The notes under the pieces are model-generated. The model made no database searches and had not been told where the DNA came from. It saw only the letters and a program-made list of their open reading frames with translations. A stretch of 64,000 nucleotides of DNA from positions 228,778 to 292,777 of the forward strand of contig JACPJN010000007.1 of the NCBI GenBank assembly GCA_016187515.1. The letters run 5' to 3'. Each line of letters begins with the position of its first letter. Position 1 is the first letter of the stretch. Origin of the DNA: Candidatus Uhrbacteria bacterium (GTDB lineage Bacteria > Patescibacteriota > Patescibacteriia > GWA2-47-26). Both the position numbers and the translations under genes were made by a program. Of this stretch, positions 30,089-39,147 are shown one piece after another.

Positions 30089-31222
30089 ATGGAAAAGTGC
30101 ATACACGGAATGCGACCCGAGTTTTGCGCTCGCTGCCGGCCCCAAGACCCCCAAAAGAGTCAGCCGGGCAGCAGCGAACCATCTCGCGCCAAGGCAGGGA
30201 CTCTTGATCAGCAATATCGCGAACTTCTAGCTGAACGCCGGCGCGCCCAAGTTGTGGTGCGCAAGGATGCGCGCGCGGCTCTGGAAACCGGATACGTGAG
30301 GATCTGTACTCAGGGAGGAGGACGCCGCCATCACAGCTTCAACGACCTCGACGTGCGCACTCGGGTTGTGCACATCAATGGCTACCCGTTTCTGTGGGCA
30401 ATCGAGCTGATCCTGGAGCGGGCTCCCAACGTGAGTCGGATCGAGGTCATCCCGAGCATGCTCGCTAAACTCCAAGCTATGCAGAGCAGCAGGGCGTTGG
30501 CACTGTGTCGCGAGCGCGCAGTTGAACTGGTGGCGGGTCACGACCGCCCGGACACGGCCTGGGAAGGCAAGGAAAACCGCTCGCCTACCTACGACAAGCA
30601 GCGCGCTTTCCTCGTCGGCCTCGCCGGGACACAAAAGGCGCGCTGGGAAGAGTTGCTCGCCATGGAGTTCGAGGCCGCGCAGCTCACCGCGCGCTACTTC
30701 TGTCTCCGCGGAGAAGAATACCGTTCGCAGAGGATCTTGGGTGAGGACTACGGGATCGCTCAAAGCATGGACCATATGGTCTCGATGCGGATTACCGCGA
30801 TCCTGTACTACCTTGATCCGTCGTTCAAGATCAGTGCGCGATCCAAGCAGTTCGCGGGAATGATGGAACGACGCGCCGCTCGTTTGCGGCCATTTCTCAC
30901 CGATGCAAGGTTGCGGGAAAAACTTGCCACGCAGCTGGGCATCCCTGCCCTTCCCTCTGGCTTGCCACTCAGCAGGCTAGAGGTCTACGACGCCCTGCTT
31001 CAGGCCCGCCAGGACGGGCGACTGGACCGGCTCGCCAAGGACCACGAGAACGCTCACTGCGCGCTTGCGTTGCGCTTTGGCCTGGACAAGCTTGATGCCC
31101 CGGCGTATCTCACTCTGGAGGCAGTTGGTCAGCTCATGGGTGAGGGAGGAGTCACGCGTGAGCGGATCCGTCAGCTCGAAGAACGGGCGCTGGAGCTTCT
31201 CGGAATCCAGGAAGACGAATAG
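30089..31222 (+). CDS. GC-rich protein with C-terminal sigma70 region-4 HTH
   Basis: LRFGLD..TLEAVGQ..GVTRERIRQLEERAL; N-terminal CxH..CxxC; promoter TTGACA(29991)-17-TAGTAT; SD AAGGAG. Confidence 0.8.
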   Translation: MEKCIHGMRPEFCARCRPQDPQKSQPGSSEPSRAKAGTLDQQYRELLAERRRAQVVVRKDARAALETGYVRICTQGGGRRHHSFNDLDVRTRVVHINGYPFLWAIELILERAPNVSRIEVIPSMLAKLQAMQSSRALALCRERAVELVAGHDRPDTAWEGKENRSPTYDKQRAFLVGLAGTQKARWEELLAMEFEAAQLTARYFCLRGEEYRSQRILGEDYGIAQSMDHMVSMRITAILYYLDPSFKISARSKQFAGMMERRAARLRPFLTDARLREKLATQLGIPALPSGLPLSRLEVYDALLQARQDGRLDRLAKDHENAHCALALRFGLDKLDAPAYLTLEAVGQLMGEGGVTRERIRQLEERALELLGIQEDE

Positions 31223-31300
31223 CACCCTCCCAATGTCCCGCCGGTCATAACGGCGGGAAAGACGCCCTTCATCCACTGAAGGACGCTGCGAAAAACGCAG

Positions 31301-31331
31301 AGCCCCACGGCAACGTCGGGGCTCGTTTTTT
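31301..31331 (+). terminator. Intrinsic terminator
   Basis: AGCCCC..GGGGCT hairpin followed by a T-run. Confidence 0.6.
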
Positions 31332-31337
31332 AAAAAT

Positions 31338-31937
31338 TTATGGCAATTGGGCTAGGATTTTGCGCTTGAGGCGGGAGAATTGATGAGCGTTAAGGTTGAG
31401 CTCGGGTACTTCTATTGTCTTTTGCAATAATTCGCGCAGACGCTCCGTGTGCGAGGTCAAATTGTGGGCCTTAACGAGCTTCGCGTATAAGCTCCAATCA
31501 ATGCCGGTATTAAGCAATCCGATAATGTCCACGCGATCTTTCTCACCTTTTAAACTATGCCCACGATCGTGCCAGGCATGTTGCTTGAGAATAAGTAAGA
31601 CGGCTTTTCGCGGCAGAGTAAATCCTTCCACCTGCGCAGTATGTTTCTGCACCGTCTCAATCGGGAGTCCCAGATCGGAAAAATACGGGACATAAACATC
31701 CACATCAATTTCTTCAAGATGAATCTCGTATTTCTTTAGTCGATCGTTTTTAAAAAGCTCGTGTTCTTTGCGTAAGCGTTCCAACTCGCCATACGCTACA
31801 ATCACATCAATATCTTTTGATTTCAATTGTTTGGTATATAAATATACTGCCCATCCGCCAATTAAAATAAATTGATGCTGACGTTTGAGGTCTTGAAGCA
31901 TCCTCCAGCTTTTTTCAGTAATGAGCTCATGATACAT
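31338..31937 (-). CDS. Putative nucleotidyltransferase (AbiEii-like fold)
   Basis: LIGGWAV..SKDIDV, LILK and KGEKDRVD. Confidence 0.75.
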   Translation of the reverse strand: MYHELITEKSWRMLQDLKRQHQFILIGGWAVYLYTKQLKSKDIDVIVAYGELERLRKEHELFKNDRLKKYEIHLEEIDVDVYVPYFSDLGLPIETVQKHTAQVEGFTLPRKAVLLILKQHAWHDRGHSLKGEKDRVDIIGLLNTGIDWSLYAKLVKAHNLTSHTERLRELLQKTIEVPELNLNAHQFSRLKRKILAQLP

Positions 31938-31940
31938 ATC

Positions 31941-32522
31941 TCACAGTTTCATTTTTTCTTTTAGCGCTTCGAGAAATTCTTTGGCATACCAATGCGGGGT
32001 ATTCCAGATATCCACGAAGGTTTGCGCGTCGGACGTCAGGTGCGGCTCCGGCGCGCCCAGAGCATCGGGTTTTAAGACCACCAGATTTTCATAGCCCCTG
32101 GTTTTCGGAAAACGCGCTCTGATCGCGTCCACATCAGGGGCATACACATACACCACGTCATAATCCGCCGGCGCGTCCTTGTAGCGCAGGCGATAGGCGC
32201 TGAAGGCCGCAAAGATCGCGCCGGGAACCATCGCCCCCTCGATTTTTTGTACGGATGCGTCAACGTGGGTGGCATAAAGAATGTCGCGCTTGAGGTTACG
32301 CTGCGTTGCCCAAAGATAAAGCAGTTTTTCCGGATCACGCAGGCGAAAAAATCGTCCGGTTACCTCCACCGCGCCGATCTTGCGCGGGATATCCAGGGCG
32401 TGGTGTACGGTGCTCAAAGAAAACCGAAAGCGCCGCGCCAGCTCTTTTTGCGTAAAGGTTGGCAACTTTTTTGGGCTGGCCGTGTCCAAAATATGGCGCC
32501 AAATTAGCTCTTTTTTGGTCAT
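31941..32522 (-). CDS. wHTH protein, probable antitoxin partner
   Basis: FTQKELARRFRFSLSTVHHAL and QTFVDIWN; promoter TTGACA(32588-32593)-17-TATAAT with GTTTCGATT/AATCGAAAC inverted repeat. Confidence 0.75.
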   Translation of the reverse strand: MTKKELIWRHILDTASPKKLPTFTQKELARRFRFSLSTVHHALDIPRKIGAVEVTGRFFRLRDPEKLLYLWATQRNLKRDILYATHVDASVQKIEGAMVPGAIFAAFSAYRLRYKDAPADYDVVYVYAPDVDAIRARFPKTRGYENLVVLKPDALGAPEPHLTSDAQTFVDIWNTPHWYAKEFLEALKEKMKL

Positions 32523-32614
32523 ACCCGGTTTCGATTTCTTTACCCTATTTATAGCTTCATTTCTATTATAATCGAAACTCAATTTTTTGTCAACCCTGAC
32601 CCATCAGAGCCTGT

Positions 32615-35600
32615 TTACGCGCTATTTTTGCTCTTGCGCGTGATAAGAAACCAAGCCGCGCGGGTTCCGGAGACAAAGAGTTTCCGCCGGCGCAGCGCGG
32701 CCGCGGCCGCCACCGCGCCTCCTCCGGCCGCCGTGGCGGTAGTATAGGGAGAGGGTTCGGCGGTTGATGCTCCGTCTTTTTCTGTCTCCGCGCCAGTTGC
32801 GCCCAACAATTCATCTTTACTCAAAATCTCAATATCTTCGGTAAACCTGGGCATGAGTTGATACCCGTTTTTGGTCTGTCCTAAAATACCCGTAACCGCG
32901 ACTCTAAATCCCGGGACAAGCTCGGTCATCTTAATATCGGTCGTATTCTTTACCGCCACATAAACTTCCCCGGCCGCATCCTCCAAAGTAAATCCGGAGT
33001 TTTTTATATCAATAATCGTGCCTTCCATCTTAATTAACGCGGCCTCGGTTTCCTCACCAACTTCATCGCTTAAAACCTGGCGCGGAATTGGCGCTTTTCC
33101 TTTCTTAATAAATCCAACGTCTTCCTTATCTTTAACGCGAATCCGATACTCGCCGCCGGCCTGACCCAGTACGCCTTGAACGGTAACCACATCGCCAATC
33201 TCAAGCGCCGGAAACGCTTTTTTGCTGGAATAAACCTGCAAACCTGATTCCCGGCTTTGCCGAGGATCCTCGGTAGTAAAGCTACCGGGACCGAATAAAT
33301 AAAAAATCTGCGCGCCGAGCATTCCGGGCGGCGCGGAAACCACTCCTTGCACGCGGACTTTTGTACCCAGCTCAAGATCACGCACTTCGGAAAGCGGTAC
33401 TTCCTGCGCGGCGTAAGACCCCTCCTCCGCTCCGCGCGGGAGAGGAGGGGGTGAGGACGATTCAATCACATTTTTCGCGCCCGGTGTTAACTTCCCGGTC
33501 CATCCCCACTGACCGTTTTGCGTCCGCGCGTAACTGTGTCCCTCACGCGCTTCTTCATACTCCACACTATCGATCAGCCGACCGACCGGATCAAACAAGC
33601 GCACCGCGTCCGTTGTATTGTTGAGCGTAAGCCGCGTTTTTGATTTGGGGAAAAGCGCGTAGCTGTGCGGCGCGGCTTTAACCGCCTCAATCGTATGGGC
33701 CGGACTCCCGCCTTCGATGTCATCCAGTTTAAATCCGGCCAGATCCAATTCTTCAGCGCCATCCCAAAACAGTTCAAGCCATTCTCCCTCATCAGATCCC
33801 TCCGGATCAGGAATAAATTCCGAGATGAAAAGTTTATCTCGCACATCAGAAATCCCCTCACCCCCACCCTCTCCCGCAGGGGGCGAGGGAGTACGATTGG
33901 CTTCCTCCCCCTTGATGGGGGAGGATTGAGGAGGGGGTGGTAATTTTGTGTTATCTGTGTCGATTTTCTGTGATTCTTCAATCACGTTTCCCTGCCCTTT
34001 CGTCACCTTCGCCGTTACCGCAAAATCCTTCTGATCATTAGCGGTGTCTTGCCCGTCTACCCGTCGGGCAACCGAATGGGGGTCTTGAGCGGCTGGCGCG
34101 TTATCCGAAGGTATGCCATCCTCCCACACGCCATAGGCCACGCGATCCACTACTGCGTTTTTATCATTTTTTAGCCGAATGATGTCGCCCTTGTTGTTGA
34201 GATTGCCTTTGATTGTCTCCACCACCAAAAACATTCCGGGAACAATGGTGCCTTGCAATTTGGTCTTACTTTCCGCGCCTTCTTCTAAAAACCAACCTTG
34301 AAGATCAACCGCGACCTCGCCGGAGTTAAAAAGTTCAACCCACTCCTCGCCGTCTTCCGGATCAGACACGAATTCGTTGATCACTATTTCCGCGGAAGGA
34401 ATGTTCGATGGCGCGGATACAACATCTGTGCCTCCGCGAGTAACGGTTTCAGTAATAACTTTGATTGCGGTAATGGTATTGGCCGAACCCTTGGTTGGGG
34501 TAGATGAAACCGCAAAATCGACGTTATCTATTCCAGTATCCGCGCCATTGCTTTTGCGCGCCACCGCGTGTCCGGGAGTATCGGGCGCCGGGGCATTGTC
34601 GGAAATGTTTCCATCGTTCCAATCGCCATAAGCGGCTTTATCGAGAAGCAACCCCGCGGCCGACTTCAGTTCAATAACGTCGCCGCTATTGTTGAGCCGC
34701 GCGGACGAAACTTCAAAAACCAAAAAGCCGCGCGCCGAAATTGTGCCCGTAAGCGATTTTATGGAATTGCCGGTGCCGTCATAAATTCTCCACCCGGCCA
34801 AATCAATCGGGAGATTAGTATTGTTGTAAAGTTCAATCCACTCCACGCTGTCGGTCGGATTGGGAACAAACTCATTGATAACCACCTCTCCCGCGCCAAC
34901 CACCCCTTCCTCCCCTCCTGCCAAAGGAGGGGGAAGCGGATCGTTTTCCTCCCCTGCCGGAGGAGGGTCGCCTTCCTCGCTTTCTCCCCCTTCTGAAGGG
35001 GGAGATTCAGAGGGGGTCCCAAGCTCCGGCCGTACCGCACTTACGCTATTTCGCGGATCCGCGCTTGCCCGTAACACAAAATCCGCGACATTGTTATTGG
35101 TATCCGCGCCGTTACCTTCCGCGCCGCCCGGAAGACGCTCAATACTTTCGCCCGCGCCCGGATTTGCCGCGAAAACTGTCCCTTCCACAAAAGCGTTTGC
35201 CGCCGTACCCCAGCCGACCGCGTCAATGATCTCGCCGGTATTTTCCGGGCCGCGGCGAAGGGCGATCCCGTTGTCCGGAGCAATCGTGCCTACGGTGGTT
35301 TCATCCGGCGTAACCGCGATAGCCGTAAACCCGCTATTGGCCCAAAGATAATAGCCGTGGGATGGCACTAGCGCCGCTTCGGTCCAGGATTTCAGAGTAG
35401 TGTCGCTGGTGCCCGTGGCGGTTCGCTTCACCAGCCGTATCCCATTCAAATCTACGGCCGCGGCCGTGGGATTGTAAAGCTCCACAAAATCATTCGTAGT
35501 TTTTCCCGCCCCGCCGGTGATCTGCACTTGGGAAATTAGCAGTCCGGTACCATGCGCGGCCGAGGCAAGGTTCCCCAAATAAAAAAATCCCCCCACTACT

Positions 35601-35635
35601 ACTAAAAATATAGAAATCCTTCGGTAAAACACCAT
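32615..35635 (-). CDS. Secreted, membrane-anchored lamin-tail-domain protein with C-terminal OB folds
   Basis: Signal peptide; four repeats of I(N/S)(E/Q)..E(W/F)(I/V/L)EL; PTKG/TPG ends; C-terminal hydrophobic and basic tail. Confidence 0.85.
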   Translation of the reverse strand: MVFYRRISIFLVVVGGFFYLGNLASAAHGTGLLISQVQITGGAGKTTNDFVELYNPTAAAVDLNGIRLVKRTATGTSDTTLKSWTEAALVPSHGYYLWANSGFTAIAVTPDETTVGTIAPDNGIALRRGPENTGEIIDAVGWGTAANAFVEGTVFAANPGAGESIERLPGGAEGNGADTNNNVADFVLRASADPRNSVSAVRPELGTPSESPPSEGGESEEGDPPPAGEENDPLPPPLAGGEEGVVGAGEVVINEFVPNPTDSVEWIELYNNTNLPIDLAGWRIYDGTGNSIKSLTGTISARGFLVFEVSSARLNNSGDVIELKSAAGLLLDKAAYGDWNDGNISDNAPAPDTPGHAVARKSNGADTGIDNVDFAVSSTPTKGSANTITAIKVITETVTRGGTDVVSAPSNIPSAEIVINEFVSDPEDGEEWVELFNSGEVAVDLQGWFLEEGAESKTKLQGTIVPGMFLVVETIKGNLNNKGDIIRLKNDKNAVVDRVAYGVWEDGIPSDNAPAAQDPHSVARRVDGQDTANDQKDFAVTAKVTKGQGNVIEESQKIDTDNTKLPPPPQSSPIKGEEANRTPSPPAGEGGGEGISDVRDKLFISEFIPDPEGSDEGEWLELFWDGAEELDLAGFKLDDIEGGSPAHTIEAVKAAPHSYALFPKSKTRLTLNNTTDAVRLFDPVGRLIDSVEYEEAREGHSYARTQNGQWGWTGKLTPGAKNVIESSSPPPLPRGAEEGSYAAQEVPLSEVRDLELGTKVRVQGVVSAPPGMLGAQIFYLFGPGSFTTEDPRQSRESGLQVYSSKKAFPALEIGDVVTVQGVLGQAGGEYRIRVKDKEDVGFIKKGKAPIPRQVLSDEVGEETEAALIKMEGTIIDIKNSGFTLEDAAGEVYVAVKNTTDIKMTELVPGFRVAVTGILGQTKNGYQLMPRFTEDIEILSKDELLGATGAETEKDGASTAEPSPYTTATAAGGGAVAAAAALRRRKLFVSGTRAAWFLITRKSKNSA

Positions 35636-35679
35636 GGTATTGAAAAACTTTCGGTATTCTGCTATATTATAACATACGC

Positions 35680-35745
35680 GCCGCGGTGGTGAAATGGCAA
35701 ATTTACCCCGTAAGCTCTTGCCCAGATGGCGGAACTGGAATACAC
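35680..35745 (+). pseudogene. Two tRNA-Leu-like 5' fragments
   Basis: GCCGCGGTGGTGAAATGGCAAA (35680) and GCCCAGATGGCGGAACTGGAATACAC (35720). Confidence 0.65.
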
Positions 35746-35760
35746 AGCCCTCCAAAATTT

Positions 35761-35844
35761 GCCGAGATGGCGGAATTGGCAGACGCACTGGGTTTAGGAC
35801 CCAGCGATCGCAAGATCATGGGAGTTCAAATCTCCCTCTCGGCA
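35761..35844 (+). tRNA. tRNA-Leu(TAG), CCA not encoded
   Basis: Acceptor GCCGAGA/TCTCGGC, anticodon arm CTGGG-TTTAGGA-CCCAG, long variable arm and T arm GGGAG-TTCAAAT-CTCCC. Confidence 0.96.
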
Positions 35845-35913
35845 AATTTAGGCGGGCCAATATAACTTAAACAAACTTAATCTTGACAATCCCGGCTCCG
35901 GATGGTAGGTTTA

Positions 35914-36118
35914 AGGGGACTGTTGCGCAGTGCGCTTTCGTAGCGAAAGGTAAGAATTTCGAGCGAGCCGAAGCAAAAATTATGAAGCATATACGGAGTA
36001 TCTGTTGAGTAATTTTTGCAAAGGCGCAGCCGAAATTCTTACCTTGCAGTAGAAATTTGCAAAGGCGCAGCCGAAATTCTTACCTTGCAGTAGAAATGGC
36101 ACTGCGCAACAGTCCCCT
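35914..36118. mobile_element. MITE-like element with perfect 20-bp terminal inverted repeats
   Basis: AGGGGACTGTTGCGCAGTGC / GCACTGCGCAACAGTCCCCT, internal inverted segments, 41-bp tandem duplication at 36015-36096; solo end at 40881-40903. Confidence 0.8.
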
Positions 36119-36157
36119 AAAGAACTAGGCAATCCCGCCTGGTTTATGGAGGAAGTT

Positions 36158-36655
36158 ATGCCGAAGCAGCGCCAGTCCGGTGCGCGAACCTTCAATCCTG
36201 CCGACGTCTTGAAAATTGCCAGGGAGGCCCTGCGTGATGTCTGCGGAGCCGCCGATACCGACGGCCGGGCCGGCGGATACTTTGGCCTGTTTCCCAAAGA
36301 CCGCTTCCGCCGAAACGGTTTTCCCGCGATTCTGGAGCCCATCGGGAGAATCAAGCCCGGAAAACGCGCCCTGGCCAAAAGGCGCGCGCAGGAAAAGCCC
36401 CGCCGCTTGAGCAGACACCCGGATCATGTGAGCAGCCACCAGAGCCGCGATGAAAAACGCGACCGTTGGGGCGGCGCGATCGCCGCCCAAGAATACTACT
36501 TGTCCTTTTCCGGCCTGCCGGAGCTGTGCGACGAAACGCTGTCCCTCATTGTCGCCCGCAAGCTTGGGCTGTTGACCGATAAGCAAGCCAGACGAATCGC
36601 CGGCATCAGCGGCAACCGGCTCTTCAGAGAATGGGCCGCTACCCATCGCGTCTGA
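36158..36655 (+). CDS. Hypothetical protein, possibly GlcG/HbpS-like fold
   Basis: EK..RL..H.SS.QSR..WGGAI..SFSGLPE..D; SD GGAGG; terminator at 36655-36704. Confidence 0.6.
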   Translation: MPKQRQSGARTFNPADVLKIAREALRDVCGAADTDGRAGGYFGLFPKDRFRRNGFPAILEPIGRIKPGKRALAKRRAQEKPRRLSRHPDHVSSHQSRDEKRDRWGGAIAAQEYYLSFSGLPELCDETLSLIVARKLGLLTDKQARRIAGISGNRLFREWAATHRV

Positions 36656-36737
36656 ACCCACTCCCCGCAGTACTGCGGGGAGGTCGAAAAGGGTTCTCTT
36701 TTTTTACCGTACCACGGTATGATAGGATTCCACCCGT

Positions 36738-37238
36738 ATGACTCGCTTCACTCTTAAGAATGAACAACAAACTCTTGCGCTGGCCCGCCGCCTTGCCCGT
36801 ACGCTCCGCGGCGGGGACGTCTTGTTATTGCAAGGCGAGCTTGGCGCGGGCAAAACCACTTTTGTCCGCGGCTTGGCCCGCGCGCTTGGCGTGCGCAGCC
36901 GCATCAAAAGCCCGACTTTTACGCTAATACATGTGCATGAATTGGCTAAGGGCAAAGAGCATAGGGCTAAGGGCACTTTGCACAAAACTCTAAGCTCTAA
37001 GCTCTACGCTCTACGCTACCTCGTGCATTGCGATGCTTATCGGATAAAGCGCGCGCGCGAATTACGCGATGCGGGCCTCATGGACTGGCTTGGCCGACCC
37101 GACACGCTCGTGGTCGTAGAGTGGGGAGAAAAAATAAAACCGCTTCTTAAGGGGCGGCGATATATCCTGATCAAATTTGAGCATGGAGAACAAGGGAACC
37201 AGAGAATCATCAAAATGATGGCCTCTCTGCAGAGTTAG
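36738..37238 (+). CDS. tsaE: tRNA threonylcarbamoyladenosine ATPase TsaE with in-frame heptamer insertion
   Basis: [20 protein letters not shown] and VVEW. Confidence 0.93.
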   Translation: MTRFTLKNEQQTLALARRLARTLRGGDVLLLQGELGAGKTTFVRGLARALGVRSRIKSPTFTLIHVHELAKGKEHRAKGTLHKTLSSKLYALRYLVHCDAYRIKRARELRDAGLMDWLGRPDTLVVVEWGEKIKPLLKGRRYILIKFEHGEQGNQRIIKMMASLQS

Positions 37239-37336
37239 TTGACAGGTGCCTCTCGTTATGCTACAGTGGTATCGATCGCGGCACAGATGCCGTATTGATC
37301 ACAACCCTGGTTTTCGAAGAAAGGAATGGTGCTAAA

Positions 37337-39031
37337 ATGGCATTCATTGCCCCGAAGTTCCGACGTGAATCGTGGTACGGGCGACTGTACCTGCGCGCGT
37401 ACGGCGAGGATCGCGGGTGGCTCGTCCGCCTCAAGCTGGCGGGCTCGATCGGGTTCGACTACGCGCCGTGCCCGGAGTTCCCCGCCGATGTCCCCGAGGC
37501 CGAGCGCATCGGTGCGGCCGTTGACTGGCGCAGGCGGAGCGACGAAGCACATCAGCGCTCGCTCGCGTTCCTCATGATGCCGCCAGCGGTCCAGCCGTTC
37601 GTCGAGACGGGCCCGAAGGTTTCGATCTGTCCGACGTTCTGGAAGATCGTGTTCGCGATGCTCGTGTACTGTCCGATCGTCGCGCTGCGCGCGATGAGAC
37701 GGGCGATCCGCGATGCGGCGCGGGCGGCGCTCGCGGCGATCGCCTCCGCGTTCCGGTGGACCGGCCGTCGGTTCGGTCGGCCGCTCGCGTGGATGACCGC
37801 CGGCGCGTTCGTACTTGCCAGCTACGGCATGGGCGTCTACATGATCGCAGCGGTGTCGTACGGCGTGACCGGCTATCTCATGGGTCGTGCCGGCATCAGT
37901 CCGGAGGAAGCGCTGCTGCAAGTGGTGGAGGCGCAGACGCGTGCCGAACGCGAGCAGCTTCGCCAGGACTACCTCAAGGAGTGCGCCGCGAGCATCCGAG
38001 CCGAAGCGGAGAGGACCGTTGAGTCCTACCCGGAGTGCGATACGTTCGTTCTCATTGGCGGGATGTCGCACGAAGAGCAGGCGAAGCGGTGCGTCGGCCG
38101 CGACGAGCGGTATCTCTCCGAGATCAAGGCAGTCGAGGGCGGCGACCACGACTGCGTGGTGCAGGAGATGTATGGTTGGAGAGGTCTTGTCTTCGCGCGT
38201 CTGTTCCCCGGTGAGGCCGAACGAAAGGAGCTCGCAACATGGCTCGCGGCAAAGCTCCGCGAGCGGTTCGCGAAGGAGGTGCAGGCCGGTCTCGACTCGC
38301 GCGAGCGGCGGATCGCCGAGGCGCGCAAGGAGGACGCGAAGGTCGTCGGCGCCGCGGTCGCGAAGCTCGTCCCGATGCAGCATGATCCTCGCAAGCTCTA
38401 CGAGCAGTTCACGGCCAACTGTCGGTACGAGGAGTACGACAAGCGGTGGGTCGCGAGGTATGGGCACGGTGTCGTCTCGAACGCGACCTGTGCGACGCTC
38501 GCCGGACTGTTCGGCCCGCAGATCGAGGACGCGCAGTTCACGATCCGGTGGCAGGAGAGGAGAACAGCGCTCCGACAGTACGGGCCGGGCGTCGGGAAGG
38601 GGATCGGGTTCGTGGTCGGTGTCGTGTTCCTTCTCGCACTGCTCGTCGTGCTCCTGGACAGGTACATCCGCGCAATCGGTCGCGCGCTCGCGTGGTTTTT
38701 AGACAGGATTGTCTGGCCAGTCGGCAAATGGACCGTGATCATCGCGACCGCGCCGATCTGGATGCCGGTGCGGTACCTCGTCTGGCCGGCGCTCTGTCTG
38801 GTCGGGCGGAGTTTCCGGTCCGTCGGGCTCGCGTTCGGGCTCGCGTTCTGGAACGTCTGGCTCGTACGCACGGTTCGCTCCGCGTTCGTCTCCGTGTTCA
38901 CCGGCATCGCCTCCGGCATCCGCCGGTTCGCTGCCGCGACGCGGCAGGTCCTCGCGGACACCTGGCACCTCATCCGCGCCTTCGCGTCCGCGAAGTGGGA
39001 ACGCCTCTGCCCGTTCATCGAGTGGTCGTAA
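37337..39031 (+). CDS. GC-rich hypothetical membrane protein (ORFan)
   Basis: Long ORF with hydrophobic segments; promoter TTGACA(37239)-17-TACAGT; terminator at 39054-39106. Confidence 0.7.
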   Translation: MAFIAPKFRRESWYGRLYLRAYGEDRGWLVRLKLAGSIGFDYAPCPEFPADVPEAERIGAAVDWRRRSDEAHQRSLAFLMMPPAVQPFVETGPKVSICPTFWKIVFAMLVYCPIVALRAMRRAIRDAARAALAAIASAFRWTGRRFGRPLAWMTAGAFVLASYGMGVYMIAAVSYGVTGYLMGRAGISPEEALLQVVEAQTRAEREQLRQDYLKECAASIRAEAERTVESYPECDTFVLIGGMSHEEQAKRCVGRDERYLSEIKAVEGGDHDCVVQEMYGWRGLVFARLFPGEAERKELATWLAAKLRERFAKEVQAGLDSRERRIAEARKEDAKVVGAAVAKLVPMQHDPRKLYEQFTANCRYEEYDKRWVARYGHGVVSNATCATLAGLFGPQIEDAQFTIRWQERRTALRQYGPGVGKGIGFVVGVVFLLALLVVLLDRYIRAIGRALAWFLDRIVWPVGKWTVIIATAPIWMPVRYLVWPALCLVGRSFRSVGLAFGLAFWNVWLVRTVRSAFVSVFTGIASGIRRFAAATRQVLADTWHLIRAFASAKWERLCPFIEWS

Positions 39032-39147
39032 GAGAGCAGATCTTGATCATTCTTGCCCCGTACAGGTTTCCGGCATCACGCCGGGGGCTCGCACGGGGCG
39101 TTTTTCTTTTAAAATCCCCGCTGCTCTTTTAAGTCGTATAAGACCTA

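Noticed and set aside
35636-35788. ORF-track N-terminal extension of the lamin-tail protein
   Set aside because: It overlaps the tRNA; the signal peptide begins at ATG 35635.
36015-36096. 41-bp direct repeat as a CRISPR array
   Set aside because: Two adjacent copies with no spacer and no cas genes; it lies inside the MITE-like element.
37256-38467. Long antisense and alternate-frame ORFs (also 9363-10277, 30227-30775, 37887-38702)
   Set aside because: Shadow ORFs expected in GC-rich DNA; promoter, SD and terminator support the other frame.
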